From: Octopus sinensis
Taxonomy: Eukaryota
DNA length: 64,000 nucleotides
Direction: 5' to 3'
Assembly: GCF_006345805.1 (NCBI RefSeq)
Contig: NC_043001.1
Location: forward strand, 129,766,001 to 129,830,000
Under the pieces are notes generated by a model. The model saw only the letters and a program-made list of their open reading frames with translations. It was not told the origin of the DNA and searched no databases. Shown here in pieces: positions 27,364-41,282 of the stretch. Each line of letters starts with the position of its first letter. The stretch's first letter is position 1. Made by a program: the position numbers and the translations under genes.

Positions 27364-28374
27364 CTTATAAATTACTATTCTCCTTGTGATCAAGAAATGA
27401 GGAATCTTTCTCAGATGAGGGTTTAATACATCTTGAAATTAGGTAACACAGTCTTGCATTTTTTGTTTCTTCTTTTTTTTTTGACACATGATTAAATCTT
27501 ATTGCTAACTTGTGATACTTACCGTTCAAGAGAACAGGGGCCAGAGGGGCTAAAATGTACCTACAAAAGACATGCTTTTATCTCTTTCCCTTTCTTTCTT
27601 TTTTTTTTTTTACTTATTGCAGTCTTTGGATTACAGGCATACTAGGGCATTACCTGGAAGGGTTTAGATGAACAAATTCACCCCAGTCTATTATTTTCAA
27701 GTCTGGTACTTGTTGTATTGATTTCTTTTCCCAAACCGATAAATTATGAATATATAAACAACCCAACATCAATTGTCAAGTGCAAAGGGAACACACAAAT
27801 GCAAAATACAAAACCACACACACACACACACACACACATACTATGGGCTTCCACACTGTTTCTGTCTACCAAAAATTTACTCACAAGGCATCAGTCAGTC
27901 TGGTGCCATGAAGTGGAACTGAACCGAAAATTATGATGCCGCAAGACAAGCTTCTTAACCATACAGCCATGCTTGTAAGTTTTTCTTACATACCTACTTA
28001 GACCCCATTATTTAGTGCTTCATATAATAAATATGTACATGCACAAATGAAGGTGGGTGGGTGTATATTTATGCAAATGTATATATGTATATGTGTGTAT
28101 ATATGTGTGTGTATATTATATAGATGATTATGTATATATATATATATGTTGATACTAACACATGCATATCATGTGCATGTGTATAAATACATGTGCTAAA
28201 TACATAATACATTAAACATAAAATCTATTATATCACATATACATATATATTATATGAATATTTATATCAAAATGTGACATATGTATAGTTTATGCATATA
28301 TTTATGAGTATATTTATAAATATACATATACATACACACATATATATATGTATGCATGTATGTATCAATATATA

Positions 28375-28417
<43 letters not shown>

Positions 28418-28902
28418 ATATGCATGTGCATATATGTATGAATACATGTATACAGAGAGAACATGGATGGACAAACACACATAGAGGGAGAAAAACTGAA
28501 CGGTAGATAAATACATAATCATGACACTAGTTCAAATTTTCCATGCACCAGCATCAACCCGATAACTTTTGTCACATCTATATGAAAAGACCTTAACACA
28601 ATAAAAGCTCATTTAAAAGACTTTAGACAATGACAAGATTCAAAAAATAAGCTTCTTGAAATTAAGGTACCATTCATGCTTTATCAATGTTTGTGTTCAA
28701 TGGTTTATCTGTGTTGAAATATGATCTGGTTTAATATTTTGTAGGATTATTTGGAATAGCTTATTAAGAAATTGTTCTTTCAGTAAATTCTCCTTTATCT
28801 TCGAATTTTCTTTTATTTCATCCATAGTGAATTTACACCTCTCTCTTTCTTTCTCTCTTATACATATACGTATGTATGTATGTATGTATGTATATATATA
28901 TA

Positions 28903-28956
<54 letters not shown>

Positions 28957-28989
28957 ATATATAGATGCACATATATATATATAATATAT

Positions 28990-29030
<41 letters not shown>

Positions 29031-29167
29031 GATGCACATATATATATATATATAAATTATATATGTATGTATATGTGTATATGTGTGTATGTGTGTGTGT
29101 AAGCACACATTTTACATATACAACTGTGTTTGGATATAATATGCATGTGTACAACAATATCTATTCA

Positions 29168-29238
29168 TGCACACACACACACACACATATATTTACATAT
29201 AAATACAAATATGAGAGCATATGTGTGTGTGTGTATAT

Positions 29239-29286
<48 letters not shown>

Positions 29287-29978
29287 TGTATGTGTGCATG
29301 TTCACACATACATATAGAAAATGTACTGCTGAAATAGTTTTCCTGTATGTATACATATATGAACATTTACACACACACACACACACATAGATGCACATAT
29401 ATATATATATATCTATCTATTTATATCTATACATATATATGTGCATTTATACAAAACCCTTCCCATACACACACACACACACACACACACACATGCATAT
29501 ATATATATATGTTTACATACATGTCTATCAGTATAGATCTATGCGTTCATATATATACATTGCCTTTGCGCATGCATGTGTTTGTGCTTAGTCATGTATT
29601 TTATAGTAAACATGCATGACCGCACACATATATGAATGAATATACCCGCAAATATAAGTGAATTATGTGCATAAAAATTACATTTCTGTAGTTCAGCCAA
29701 GCATTCGAGAAAGAAAAAATAACTTATATATATATGTATGTATTAGAACGCCAAGCATATAAGTATGTGTGTGAGTGTATGTGTGTGTGTGTGTGAGAGA
29801 GAGGGGGGGTGCTATAGTGACAAAGTGAAGGCAGAGATTCAGGGTAATAATATGCATACAGCTTCAACTTCTTTAATATATATATATATATATTTACTGT
29901 GTGTGTACACACACACACACACACATATATTTACATATAAATACAAATATGAGAGCATATGTGTGTGTGTATATATAT

Positions 29979-30020
<42 letters not shown>

Positions 30021-30098
30021 TGTATGTGTGCATGTTCACACATACATATAGAAAATGTACTGCTGAAATAGTTTTCCTGTATGTATACATATATGAAC

Positions 30099-30134
<36 letters not shown>

Positions 30135-30665
30135 GCACATATATATACTATATCTATCTATTTATATCTATACATATATATGTGCATTTATACAAAACCC
30201 TTCCCATACACACACACACACACACACACATGCATATATATATATATATGTTTACATACATGTCTATCAGTATAGATCTATGCGTTCATATATATACATT
30301 GCCTTTGCGCATGCATGTGTTCGTGCTTAGTCATGTATTTTATAGTAAACATGCATGACCGCACACATATATGAATGAATATACCCGCAAATATAAGTGA
30401 ATTATGTGCATAAAAATTACATTTCTGTAGTTCAGCCAAGCATTCGAGAAAGAAAAAATAACTTATATATATATGTATGTATTAGAACGCCAAGCATATA
30501 AGTATGTGTGAGTGTATGTGTGTGTGTGTGTGAGAGAGAGGGGGGGTGCTATAGTGACAAAGTGAAGGCAGAGATTCAGGGTAATAATATGCATACAGCT
30601 TCAACTTCTTTAATATATATATATATATATATTTACTGTGTGTGTACACACACACACACACACAC
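29168..30665. repeat. Tandem duplication, period ~740 bp
   Basis: For example GCATTCGAGAAAG at 29701 and 30440; unique parts nearly identical. Confidence 0.9.
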
Positions 30666-30729
30666 TCATACCTATATATATGCATTGGCATATATATGTA
30701 TATATATATATATGTATATATATATATGT

Positions 30730-30793
<64 letters not shown>

Positions 30794-31182
30794 ATATACA
30801 CATATATAAGCATATATATATATGTGTGTGTGTGTCTATACAGATATGATGTATATAAAATATATGCATCTATGTATGGAATAAATATTCATGTATATGC
30901 ATATATATATATATATATATAAATATGCAAATATATATAAATTTCTATATATGCAAATATATTTATATATAAATTTCTATCTATATATGTATGTGCATGT
31001 GTGTATAAATTTCTATCTATCCGTCTGTGTGTGTTTATATATATATATATATGTATATATAAACACACACACATACATGTTGATTAATAGACAGATGGAT
31101 GGATAGGAATGGACTTCTATAGATGGATCCTTCTGATTACTTATTAGTTTAGTGTACAGAGGCTTGTTTGCCTATTTCGAGC

Positions 31183-31218
<36 letters not shown>

Positions 31219-32184
31219 TGTAGATAATATGCATTAATAATTTTTCATGCAGAAATCTGTTATTTTGTACAAAAAAATTAGTTGCTGCGAGCTAGTGCAA
31301 TGTAATGCTTGCCAAATTTAGTGATAAATAAATAAACAAAAAGAAGCAATTATAGGAAATCTTATTTTACTCAACAGAGTAATAAAATCAAATCAAAGAA
31401 AAATCTAAGAAAAGTTATATTTATAAGAAATTTGCCATATTAGCAGACTAAGAAAATCTAAAAAGTAAAAGTGTTATTTAAGCAAAGGAAACCTATTTTT
31501 CTTTCTTTTTTTTTTAATATGTATAAGGGTGACGTGTAATGAATTTTCCATTGAGATACCAGTGAAGGAGTAACTATTGTCTATTTTTGATTCCTAGTTT
31601 GGGCTACGGGATAGTCGAACTATTTGACTCATCGTGCTTGGAGTGCTTTTATCATATTCCAATGGGTTTTGAAATATGTTTCTCTGACTTTATGAGGCTT
31701 AGATGTAATTGGCAGGAATATGATGCAAGAAAATTCCAGTAACCAATGTGATATCACTAATTCCTGTCTTCTAAGTTGTCACTGCTTTCTGCTATATAGC
31801 TTATGCATGTGAAAAACTGTACATTTGTGTTGCATCTTCGCTTCACTCTTTTGCTAAAAATAAAAATCAAAGTTGTCATGTGTGATATATATATAATATT
31901 AGGGAATATGATTCCAAACTTACATATATATATATATATATATATATATAACTCAATCTAAAATCATTCATGATTTGATATTCTTCACTTACTGTAGGGA
32001 GCTTGTCTCCTTTGTCAGTCAATAGATAAGTGCTTTCCCATGGCTAAGAGTTGTTTTGACTCTTGTTTCTAGCAGTGCTGGTGCTGATTTGTATCCATAA
32101 TCACTTTAGTGACAATTGCACCTTTGCCTTTTTGTTTTTAAATTGCAGAAAGCCACCTTCAAAATTTATATATTTGTGCGTGTG

Positions 32185-32382
32185 CATGGCTGTTGCCAGT
32201 ACTGCCGGTGGCACGTAAAAGCACCCACTACACTCTCAGAGTAGTTGGCATTAGGAAGGGCACCCAGCTGAAGAAACTCTGCCAGATCAGATTGGAGCCT
32301 GGTGCAGCCATCTGGTTTGCCAATCTTTAGTCAAATCGTCCAACCCATGCTAGCATGGAAAGCGGACATTAAACAATGATGA

Positions 32383-32385
<3 letters not shown>
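32185..32385 (+). mobile_element. Retroposon E
   Basis: Collinear with 44962-45135. Confidence 0.85.
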
Positions 32386-32426
<41 letters not shown>

Positions 32427-33231
32427 TTGTTAACACATATCTGGATAGATGGAGTATAGTGAAGGAGTTTGCTTCAGGTGCAAACCTTCTTTATGACATC
32501 TTTGGTAGGTGTTTCTTACCATAATCTTGAATTGACCCAGACTTTTGAGTGAAGCTGTGTAGACACAAACTATGTGCAAATCCAATAGATAAATTTGACA
32601 ATAATTTAAAGGTCTGTCCTTGTTACTCTGTATCATACTAATTCTGTTAAAGGGACATATGTCAGTAGAATATTTAGCCTTTGGAATTGTAATACAATGA
32701 ATAGATAGTTCAATTAAATACTCACTGTCAAAGGCAACAGTAATCCCTTTAAACGGATGAGCACAATATAGTTAAATGGCTGAAGTAAAAACACTTCTAA
32801 TCCCTAGATCAAACTCCTCATTTGTACATTATGTCCATACACTTAAATTTCTGTGGGTCCTATTATCATCTTTTATCATAATTTTTCTTTGTTTTACCAT
32901 GATACAGCAAATCAGTTAGGTTTGCAATACAGCATTTCCCCATTTATCTCCTGCCTGTGCAATCTAGTCTGTGTAACTAAATGTTTTCAGACCTAATCTA
33001 ATCACTTAACCCAAACAAAACCCTTTAAGTTCTACTTCTACCAATATTGCCTATGATATACATCATCCAATTACATATCCTTATAAATAATGTTGTCTTT
33101 CTAGCGTACACTGGCAGGAGTCTGTACTATCTAGTTACCTTAATATCTTGTCTTCTAAAACAATTTCATTCACATCTAGGATACCTTAGAGGAATATTAA
33201 GTGTACCCCAGTACTTGACTAGTACACTGCA

Positions 33232-33566
33232 TTATGAGAGCTCAAAATCTCTTGTGGAAGCGCCATCCAACCAAAATGCAAATATATGGGAAACTACCAC
33301 CTGTGTCATCTCTTGTGAAAGGTAGGAGAGTCCAGTTTGCTGGACATTGTTGTAGAGCTGAAAAAGAGATAATTTCTACTCTTCTCCTCTGGAAGCCATC
33401 TACTTGCAGTACCAGAGGACGCACACTCTCCTACCCTGATGTAATCTCCAGGGATACAGGCATCCAGCAACAGAACCTCCGTAATGCCATGATGGACCAT
33501 GAAGTCTGGCGTAGCATAGTAAATTCAATTGTCTCGACCACGGTCGAACAATGATGATGATGATGC
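33232..33566 (+). mobile_element. 5'-truncated RTE-type LINE 3' end with (TGA)n tail
   Basis: RRVQFAGHCCRAEKEIISTLLLWKP..RGRTLSYPDVISRDTG..LRNAMMDHEVWRSIV, stop, then TGATGATGATG. Confidence 0.85.
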
Positions 33567-33624
33567 ATTATAAACTTCAGAATTGATGAAAATCAAAGTT
33601 GATCTCGGCAAGATTTATGCTGTA

Positions 33625-33965
33625 TGCAGATACCACAGTGGAGAGCAAGGCACGTTTAGGCAGGCTATCCACAAGCCAACATGAAAAGCTGGTTAAGAAG
33701 GTTTGGTGAATAATCATGGAAGGCCATCCTGTAACAATCTGGGATATTGCTCACAATGTGAGAATAAGTACAAGACCAGAAGATTCTATTTTAACAGAGG
33801 ATTTGTTCATGTAGAGAGTGTTGGCAAAACTTGTCACTAAGGGGCTGGCAAAGAAGCAGAAGTAACTAGTATGTCCTGCTGCCCAGGACATACTAGACTG
33901 TGCAAACTCTGACCCAGGCTTCCTGAAAACCATCATCACTGGGGATAAGACATGAGTTTATGGTC
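33625..33965 (+). mobile_element. Mariner transposase internal relic
   Basis: VESKARLGRLSTS...VTIWDIAHNVRIS...ILTEDLFM*RVLAKLVTK..KQK...QDILDCANSDPGFLKTIITGDKT*VYG. Confidence 0.8.
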
Positions 33966-34197
33966 CCTGCTCAATGTGTTTGGTCATCTTGCATGAAAGC
34001 AAAAATCCAAAGGGTGTGTACTGCACGTCTGTACTCTAGGCATAGCAGTTGGGAAATAACCGGGCCTAACAGTGTGAAAATTTTCACACATGCACAGAAA
34101 TCATTGCTTGACCTCCCACCCAAAGGATTTTGCCCACGTGTCATTAGTTTTGGTGGGAAAAAATAAAGTTGGATACTTTTTGAATGTACTTCATAAT
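33960..34197 (-). mobile_element. Mariner 5' end (TIR, leader, start of ORF) in opposite orientation
   Basis: Minus strand TATGAAGTACATTCAAAAAGTATCC (TIR-like) ... ATGACCAAACACATTGAGCAG = MTKHIEQ, resembling MTERIEQR. Confidence 0.6.
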
Positions 34198-34326
34198 TAA
34201 GACTTTTAATGCAATATATGTTCATATTTATTATTGTGTTAGTGTATATACAAAACTATGAATTACGTTTATCATGTTATGTAATGATATGCAACTCTTT
34301 GACACAAACCAGGTTAGTTTTATTAC

Positions 34327-34404
34327 CAAGACCATAAGTTCTCAAGGCATCTGAATTCTGTTTCCAGCTTCTGTAGTGTGATGCCACAAAATCCAGCACT
34401 ACAT
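34327..34404 (-). CDS. Candidate 78-nt exon (two frames open)
   Basis: ttgttgccag acceptor, TTG|GTAATA donor, 26 codons. Weak. Confidence 0.25.
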
Positions 34405-35904
34405 CTGGCAACAATTTGGCAGCAGGGCAGGCAGAACAAAAGGTCATTTCCTAAATCACTATGTAATGCTTGTACAAAGGTAAATATTTAGTGACTATTA
34501 TTTCACATACAGGTGAAATAAATAGAATCCTTGCATCATAATCTGCTTGACTATTCATAATGATATGTAAATGAGCTTCATTAAATTCAAGGAAAAGGGA
34601 GGTAAATGATACATTAATGCCTTTTCTAGATACATTAATGATAGAGCTAAGCTATCCCTTTACTAAATCACAAGTGTGCATAGATCTATTCCTTATCTCT
34701 TATTTCCATAAAATTAAGCAGGGAGAGCAAATCTCTCCTGAGATAGGATGCTGGTCTATCACAAATACGTATACAAGAAACAACTAGACTTCCGTATCAA
34801 AACTTAGTCACAGACATGGAACACTTCTACTGCACTACCTCTACAACAGCACACCAGACATAAACTTGTAACTTTTAAAACAGAAGGTTGATGATTTGCT
34901 CCCTTGTTGCAGAAATACACATATACTTCATACAATTCTAAGAAGATAAGAGCCTATAGTAAAGACAGAGCAGTGTTATGATAGACAGAATTTATCTTCA
35001 CTTATTTATAAGAAAGCCAAGACATGGTTCTGTCTTGATAGTTAAATACTATTATACTAATCATGACACTTTAATAGTAGATTGCAATGAGTGATTAAGA
35101 CATTGTTGCGATATAATGATTAACATTTGCAAAATTTGACTGCAAATTGACTAGAAGTAAAAATGTGACAGCCTACTTACTGAACAATGCAAATTTTCAA
35201 ATGGATGTAATGACTAGGAGTAAATTTTAATTTGATATAACATTTAAGAATAAATTCCAACTCAACACAGTGATTATGGAAGACATTTGGATAGGATACA
35301 ATCATTATGAGTTTGTTTTGACAACATGGCAAATAAATAGGAATTTTAGTCACCACACAGCACAGATTTAAATGTTGATTGAAAAATACCGACATATTAG
35401 CAATCTTGACATAATCATTGTCATCGTTATGATTATGACCAATTTAATGTGTTTCCACCTACTGAAACAATTTGGAGGAAAATATGATTTGAAACAATAC
35501 CAGTTTTTAAATTCAGCCGGTGGTTCATGTCATCCCATAATAATGCTTAATACTTGATAGTACCATGTCGACTAAATTACTCTCACAACATTCTTGTAAA
35601 TATGGTCAATATCATCAGACATTTTTTACTCTAATTGCTTTTTCTAGCTGGATTTATTTATTTATTTTACAAAACTGTCCTTCACTTTTCCTCATTCTAA
35701 GTTATTTTTCCATAATTGATTTAAGGTCTGAACTATTTTGTTCCAAAGTCATTTCTGCACAACATTTTCTTTCAATAGAAAAGAACTATTTTCTCGTGGT
35801 TTCTTGTTTGGACTTGTTTGTTTTTTTTTGATAAATTATTCTTACATAATTCTTTGTTGAAGTATTTCTATAACAAGTTTTGCTCCGTATCATTTATATT
35901 TTAC

Positions 35905-36510
35905 AAGTTTCAGTCATTGGGCTGTGGCTATGATGAGGCATTGCATTCAAGGGTTTTAGAGCAAAATAAATTGACCCCAGCACTTAGGTATTTTTCAAGT
36001 CTAGTACTTGTTCTACTGTCTCTTTTGCTGAACCACTAAGTTACAGGGACATAAACAAACCAACAATGGTTGCCAACCAATGGGGAAGAGGGATGGCAAA
36101 CACAAAGATGTATGCTCACGCACATATGATGGGCTTCCACACAGTTTCCATATGCCAAATTCACTCATTGGGCTGTGGCTATGATGGGGCATTGCATTCA
36201 AGGATTTTAGAGTAAAATAAATTGACCCCGGCACTTAGGTATTTTTCAAGTCTAGTACTTGTTCTACTGTCTCTTTTGCTGAACCACCAAGTTACAGGGA
36301 CATAAACAAACCAACAACGGTTGCCAACCAATGGGGAAGAGGGATGGCAAACACAAAGATGTATGCTCACACACATATGATGGGCTTCCACACAGTTTCC
36401 ATATGTCAAATTCATTCATAAGGCACTGATCAGCCAAGGTACCATACAGTGGGACTGAACATGAAACCATGTGGTTGAAAAAGTGAGTTTCTTAACCACG
36501 AAGCCATGTC
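35905..36510 (-). mobile_element. Diverged SINE A with internal 251-bp tandem duplication
   Basis: CATTGGGCTGTGGC at 35915 and 36166; the units differ by several substitutions. Confidence 0.85.
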
Positions 36511-37277
36511 TGTGCAAAAGTTTTTCTATTTTTCATCATCATCTACTCATTCTTTTGCTTAATCCTCCCTATAATCTCATTAATTTCAAGACATCTTTTC
36601 CATCATCTGACTGAAAATGTAGGTAAAGTTATTAAAAGGATGACTGATTACTTATTAGAAACAAGAAAGGGACACCTTTTAATGGGTGAAATCTGTTCCC
36701 CTTGTTTGTTTTATTTTTCATCTGAAGGGCATTAAAGTGAGATTAAGGCATGGAAAATATACCAGATTCATTATTTGTCTGTTGTTTTTTCATGTGTGAA
36801 ATGTTAGTAATAAAACAGTCAACTTTTTTATCAGCAGTGCACATTATCAGTAATCAAAGATACACCATCTAGAGGTGACTGTTTCAGCCAGAAGAATCAA
36901 AATTTGCTCGGGGTTAAAATGATTGAAGTTCAGAATCAATTACCTTTAACTTAAATTTCAAAGCTATTGTCTTTTACATCACTAGTTAAACTATCAGTAG
37001 CACAAGGAAGAGGGGGAGTCATTTTATTCTAGTTAAATTTAAATCAATCTCTGATACAGTGAATGAAAGAATGGAGACAACACAAAATACAAAGAAATTT
37101 TGTTTTACTTGCTTAGAGCAATAAAATCTTTCAAGTTTCAGTGTCACAATAAACAACACCCAATACACTCTGTAAAATGGTTTGAGAGAGGCAAGAGATC
37201 CAGCTATGGAAACCATGTTAAAAATGGAACATACAAGCAAGATATGATTTCAAACCATTCTGGAAGACAGTAACTCT

Positions 37278-37478
37278 AGGCCAAGGAGTGGCTGTGTGGT
37301 AAGTAGCTTGCTAACCAACCACATGGTTCTGGGTTCAGTCCCACTGCGTGGCATCTTGGGCAAGTGTCTTCTGCTATAGCCCCGGGCCGACCAATGCCTT
37401 GTGAGTGGATTTGGTAGACGGAAACTGAAAGAAGCCTGTCGTATATGTATATATATATATATATATATTATATATATG

Positions 37479-37521
<43 letters not shown>

Positions 37522-37730
37522 TTGTGTGTCTGTGTTTGTCCACCTAGCATTGCTTGACAACCGATGCTGGTGTGTTTACGTCCCCGTCACTTAGCGGTTC
37601 GGCAAAAGAGACCGATAGAATAAGTACTGGGCTTACAAAGAATAAGTCCCAGTGTCGATTTGCTCGACTAAAGGTGGTGCTCCAGCATGGCCGCAGTCAA
37701 ATGACTGAAACAAATAAAAGATTAAAGAGA
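37278..37730 (+). mobile_element. SINE A, full length, young
   Basis: Complete; shares diagnostic bases with the 24681, 25638 and 52496 copies. Confidence 0.9.
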
Positions 37731-38052
37731 GTAACTCTGAATAAGAACTTTTTTAAATCATGATAACCCATCTAATTGATGTCAGTAGAGAAATATATAT
37801 GTAATGAAGTTCATGATGAACTGGATGTAGGATGTGGACATATGGTTAAAAAGTTTGCTTCACAATCATGTGAGTCTGGGTTTTGTTCTTTGGTACTGTG
37901 ACTTGAGAAAATGTCTTCTACCAGTCTCAGATAAACCCAATTTTCTGTAAGTCAAATAGGTTTCATGAAAACTGTGCAAAAATTTGTCAGATGGCCTATT
38001 TTTTAAGTATAGATTTAATCTATTACCTGTTTTAACACCACCACCACCTCAC

Positions 38053-38157
38053 CTTTGAATGCCTCTAGTGAAGTTCATTCTATTGCAAGCATTCAGACTA
38101 GGTACCTGATCTAAGGATATCAAAATTTCTTTCCATTTCCCCACCAGTCTAAGAGGT
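38053..38157 (-). CDS. Candidate internal exon (PLRLVGKWKEILISLDQVPSLNACNRMNFTRGIQ)
   Basis: ttttgcaag acceptor, strong AAG|GTGAGG donor, 105 nt (phase 2-2), only one open frame. Confidence 0.45.
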
Positions 38158-38539
38158 CTTGCAAAATAAGCCATGTATGTTGAACTTGTTCCCAAGTGAT
38201 AAAAAGATAATAATATGTATTTTCTACTCAATAAAGATACTTGTTTGCAAAATATTAAAAAAATCAACCTATATAGAATAGCAATAGTAATGCTAAATTT
38301 CCAAAGCCAAAATTTAGAATTAACACATACACAAAACATCTGACTGAGAATAAATGGTAAGTTAGTTTTTTTTGTACTTTTGTGAAAGATATTAAACTGA
38401 TACAAAGTTTATCAGATCAAAAGGGTTAAACAACTGAGTCAAGTGTTCAAGTGTAAACTTAATAAAAATATTGATATTTCATTATATTTGCTATATGGAT
38501 AATAATAATGATAATAATAATTCTTTTTAATTAAGGCAT

Positions 38540-38950
38540 AAGGCCAGCAATTCTAAAGAAGGAAGCAAGTCAATAACATCAATCCTAGTGCTTGATGGGT
38601 ATTTATTTTATTGATCCTGAAAGGATGAAAGGCCAAGTCGATCTTAGCAGGATTTGAATGCAGAATGTAATGAGTCTGAAGAAATACTACACAGCGTTCT
38701 TTCCAATGCTCAGACAATTCCGACAGCTCATCACTTTAAAAATCCTTTCTACTAAAAGCATAAATACCTGACATTTTGGGGTAGAGGCTAATTGATTATA
38801 TCGACTTCAGTACATAACTTATTTCATTGACCCCCCAAAAGATTGAAAAGCAAAGTTGACGTTAGCAGAATTTGAACTTAGAACATTAAGACAGATGAAC
38901 TGCCGCTAAGCATTTTAACCAGCACACTAATGATCCTGCCAGCTTCCCAC
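38540..38950 (-). mobile_element. Two tandem diverged SINE D copies
   Basis: AAAGGATGAAAGGCCAAGTCGA at about 38620 and AAAGATTGAAAAGCAAAGTTGA at about 38838. Confidence 0.7.
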
Positions 38951-39174
38951 CTTCACCTCTTTAATAATGATAATGTAGTCTGGGACACACAGTATCTGAA
39001 AAGAAAAAGATGAGATGATCGTGGCTGGGATGTCTTTCATTGTGGGTCAACTAGAAATCAAAATGATAATTTTTCTACAAGACAATGGTTGCTGCTATTA
39101 AGCTTACTATACAGAATAAATCACAAACATAATTTGGGGATCAAATGCTTGATTGACACCCAGACGTGTTTTTG

Positions 39175-39395
39175 TTAATGTTTTGTTTAAACTGGCCATA
39201 TCCAGCCAAAATATTCTACCTATTTTATGTTCAAACTAGTCAGATATGGTCATTCATAGCTACCTTATTGTGTCATTTTAAAAATAAACAATCACATCAT
39301 TGAAATCTCAAAGCCATGAAATGATGCAAGATTAATTTTACATAGTGTGAATATATAAGCTTTACAGTTGACAGAATAATCTGAATGCTAAAGGG
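39175..39395 (+). mobile_element. piggyBac-type MITE family G (left end decayed)
   Basis: Collinear with 53502-53722; ends CTAAAGGG|TTAA. Confidence 0.7.
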
Positions 39396-40669
39396 TTAAA
39401 TAACTAGTGTGAGAGCTGCTATGAGGACATTCAAATTATGAGAAATATCAGCCAAATCTCTTTCAAACTACATCTCATCACCTTAAAATAGGACACAATG
39501 GATAGTGTAATGTTGGGGTACACAATGTCTGGAAATCATAAGATGAGATGGTCATAGCAAAATCATCAAGCCCAACAGTTCATTACCTTAATTATAGAAT
39601 CATTTTTTATACTTTATAATAATTATTTAATAGATATGACAGAAGTGAAAGTGAATTCATGCTGTTGTTGTTGTTATTGATAGTGTTTTATTTACCTCGA
39701 ATCTATCTGAATTAAGTAGATTAGGATCAAAAGTATTCCAATGATGAATGTCCCACCGTATTTTAATGCAAAACCCATCTAGAATGACATTGTCCAATGT
39801 GTTCCACTTTTTTAAGATGATGTACTATCATCTGAGAGAGATTTGACTGCAATATTTTGTAAGCTGAGTGGCCTCATAAAGATTAGCTCATAGTAGATCT
39901 ATGTTGCTACAACTTGTATGACAGCCCAGCTAGACTAAAAAAAATTAACTGAGCTCAACCCTGTGAGCAAATGAAACACGTGTCAAGTTCAAGAGCTTTT
40001 TCAAGATCATTGTTTACTGCAGTAAGCCATTCCATACTGCAATACTTGCTTGAAGGAAAGAGAACTAAGCTGTTGGGAGTTAAGAGTCTTGACCTTGACA
40101 TGGAAGAATTAAAGAGTTTTGGCCTTGAGTCAGTTGAAAGCACTAAGAGTCTTGAACCTTGGATCTGTTATGGCACAAGTGGAAGACTATAACTAGTGAC
40201 CCCTAGATTTTCCTGTCAGACATTCTAACAACTAAGCTACCCACTGGTCTTAGTGATATAAAATGTATTTGTATTTAAAATTAGCAGGCAGATGTATTAT
40301 AATAGAGAAGAAACAATTTGTTGTGTTGCATAATCTCATGTCTTATTCCCCTTTTTATCCCTTTAATACTTCAATCCCTGATTAATATAAATAACTTGCA
40401 GTGAGCTTTACAGAGTCAACAAACCTGCTCCATTCTCCATTACTGATGGCAGTAAAGCTATTGCTAAGGTATATTTCCCCAAAATAATGAACCACTGAAT
40501 AGGAATTGCATTAAGCTAGTCATTAGTATGCTTGATAGGGTTCGCAAATGAATCAGCAAAAAAAAAAAAAAAGGGGGAAACGTAACAAGCAATTCTTGCA
40601 AACAGATTAGAACACATTTTGGGAGATGAGACTTACTATTACTTTTATTATTATTAATGCAATTAGCCG

Positions 40670-40845
40670 GCAGCACCGTTTGCATGTTGGACCAAAATGC
40701 TCAGAGGCATTTCTGATTTTGTGTTCTGAGTTCATATTTCACCAAAGTTAACTTTGCCTTTCATCCTTTTGGGTTGAATAATATAAAATATTAGTCAAGC
40801 ACTGCAGCCAATATAATCAACTTGCCCCTCCTCTAAAGTTACTCA
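40670..40845 (+). mobile_element. SINE D (diverged)
   Basis: GAGTTCATATTTC, TTTGCCTTTCATCCTTTTGGG. Confidence 0.65.
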
Positions 40846-41160
40846 CCTTTAACGTCCGTTGTCCATGCTGGTATGACTTGGACGGTTTAGCTGGGCTGGC
40901 ATGTTGGAAGGCTGTACCAGACTCCAATCTGATTTGGCATGGTTTTCTATGGCTGGATGCCCTTCCTAATGCCAACCATTCTAATAGTGTAATGGGTGTT
41001 TTTCATGCCACCAGCATGGATGCCATTTGTATGACACCAGGGTGCATTTATGTGCCACCAGCATGGATGCCAATTTGCATGACACCGGTATCTGCCATGA
41101 CTGTGATTTTGCTTGACTTGATGGGTCTTCTCAAGCACGAAAATAATGCCAAAGGTCTCA
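40845..41160 (-). mobile_element. Retroposon E
   Basis: TTTAACGTCCGTTGTCCATGC...GGATGCCCTTCCTAATGCCAACCA. Confidence 0.8.
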
Positions 41161-41197
41161 GTCATTCCTTCCACAAGGCATATGTGTATGTGTATAT

Positions 41198-41280
<83 letters not shown>

Positions 41281-41282
<2 letters not shown>

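Noticed and set aside
39955-40192. Overlapping ORFs on both strands as an exon or RTE C-terminus
   Set aside because: Ambiguous strand, weak splice support and only vague RTE similarity.
40402-40498. Exon-like segments open on both strands
   Set aside because: Equally plausible on either strand, so it cannot be called without transcripts.
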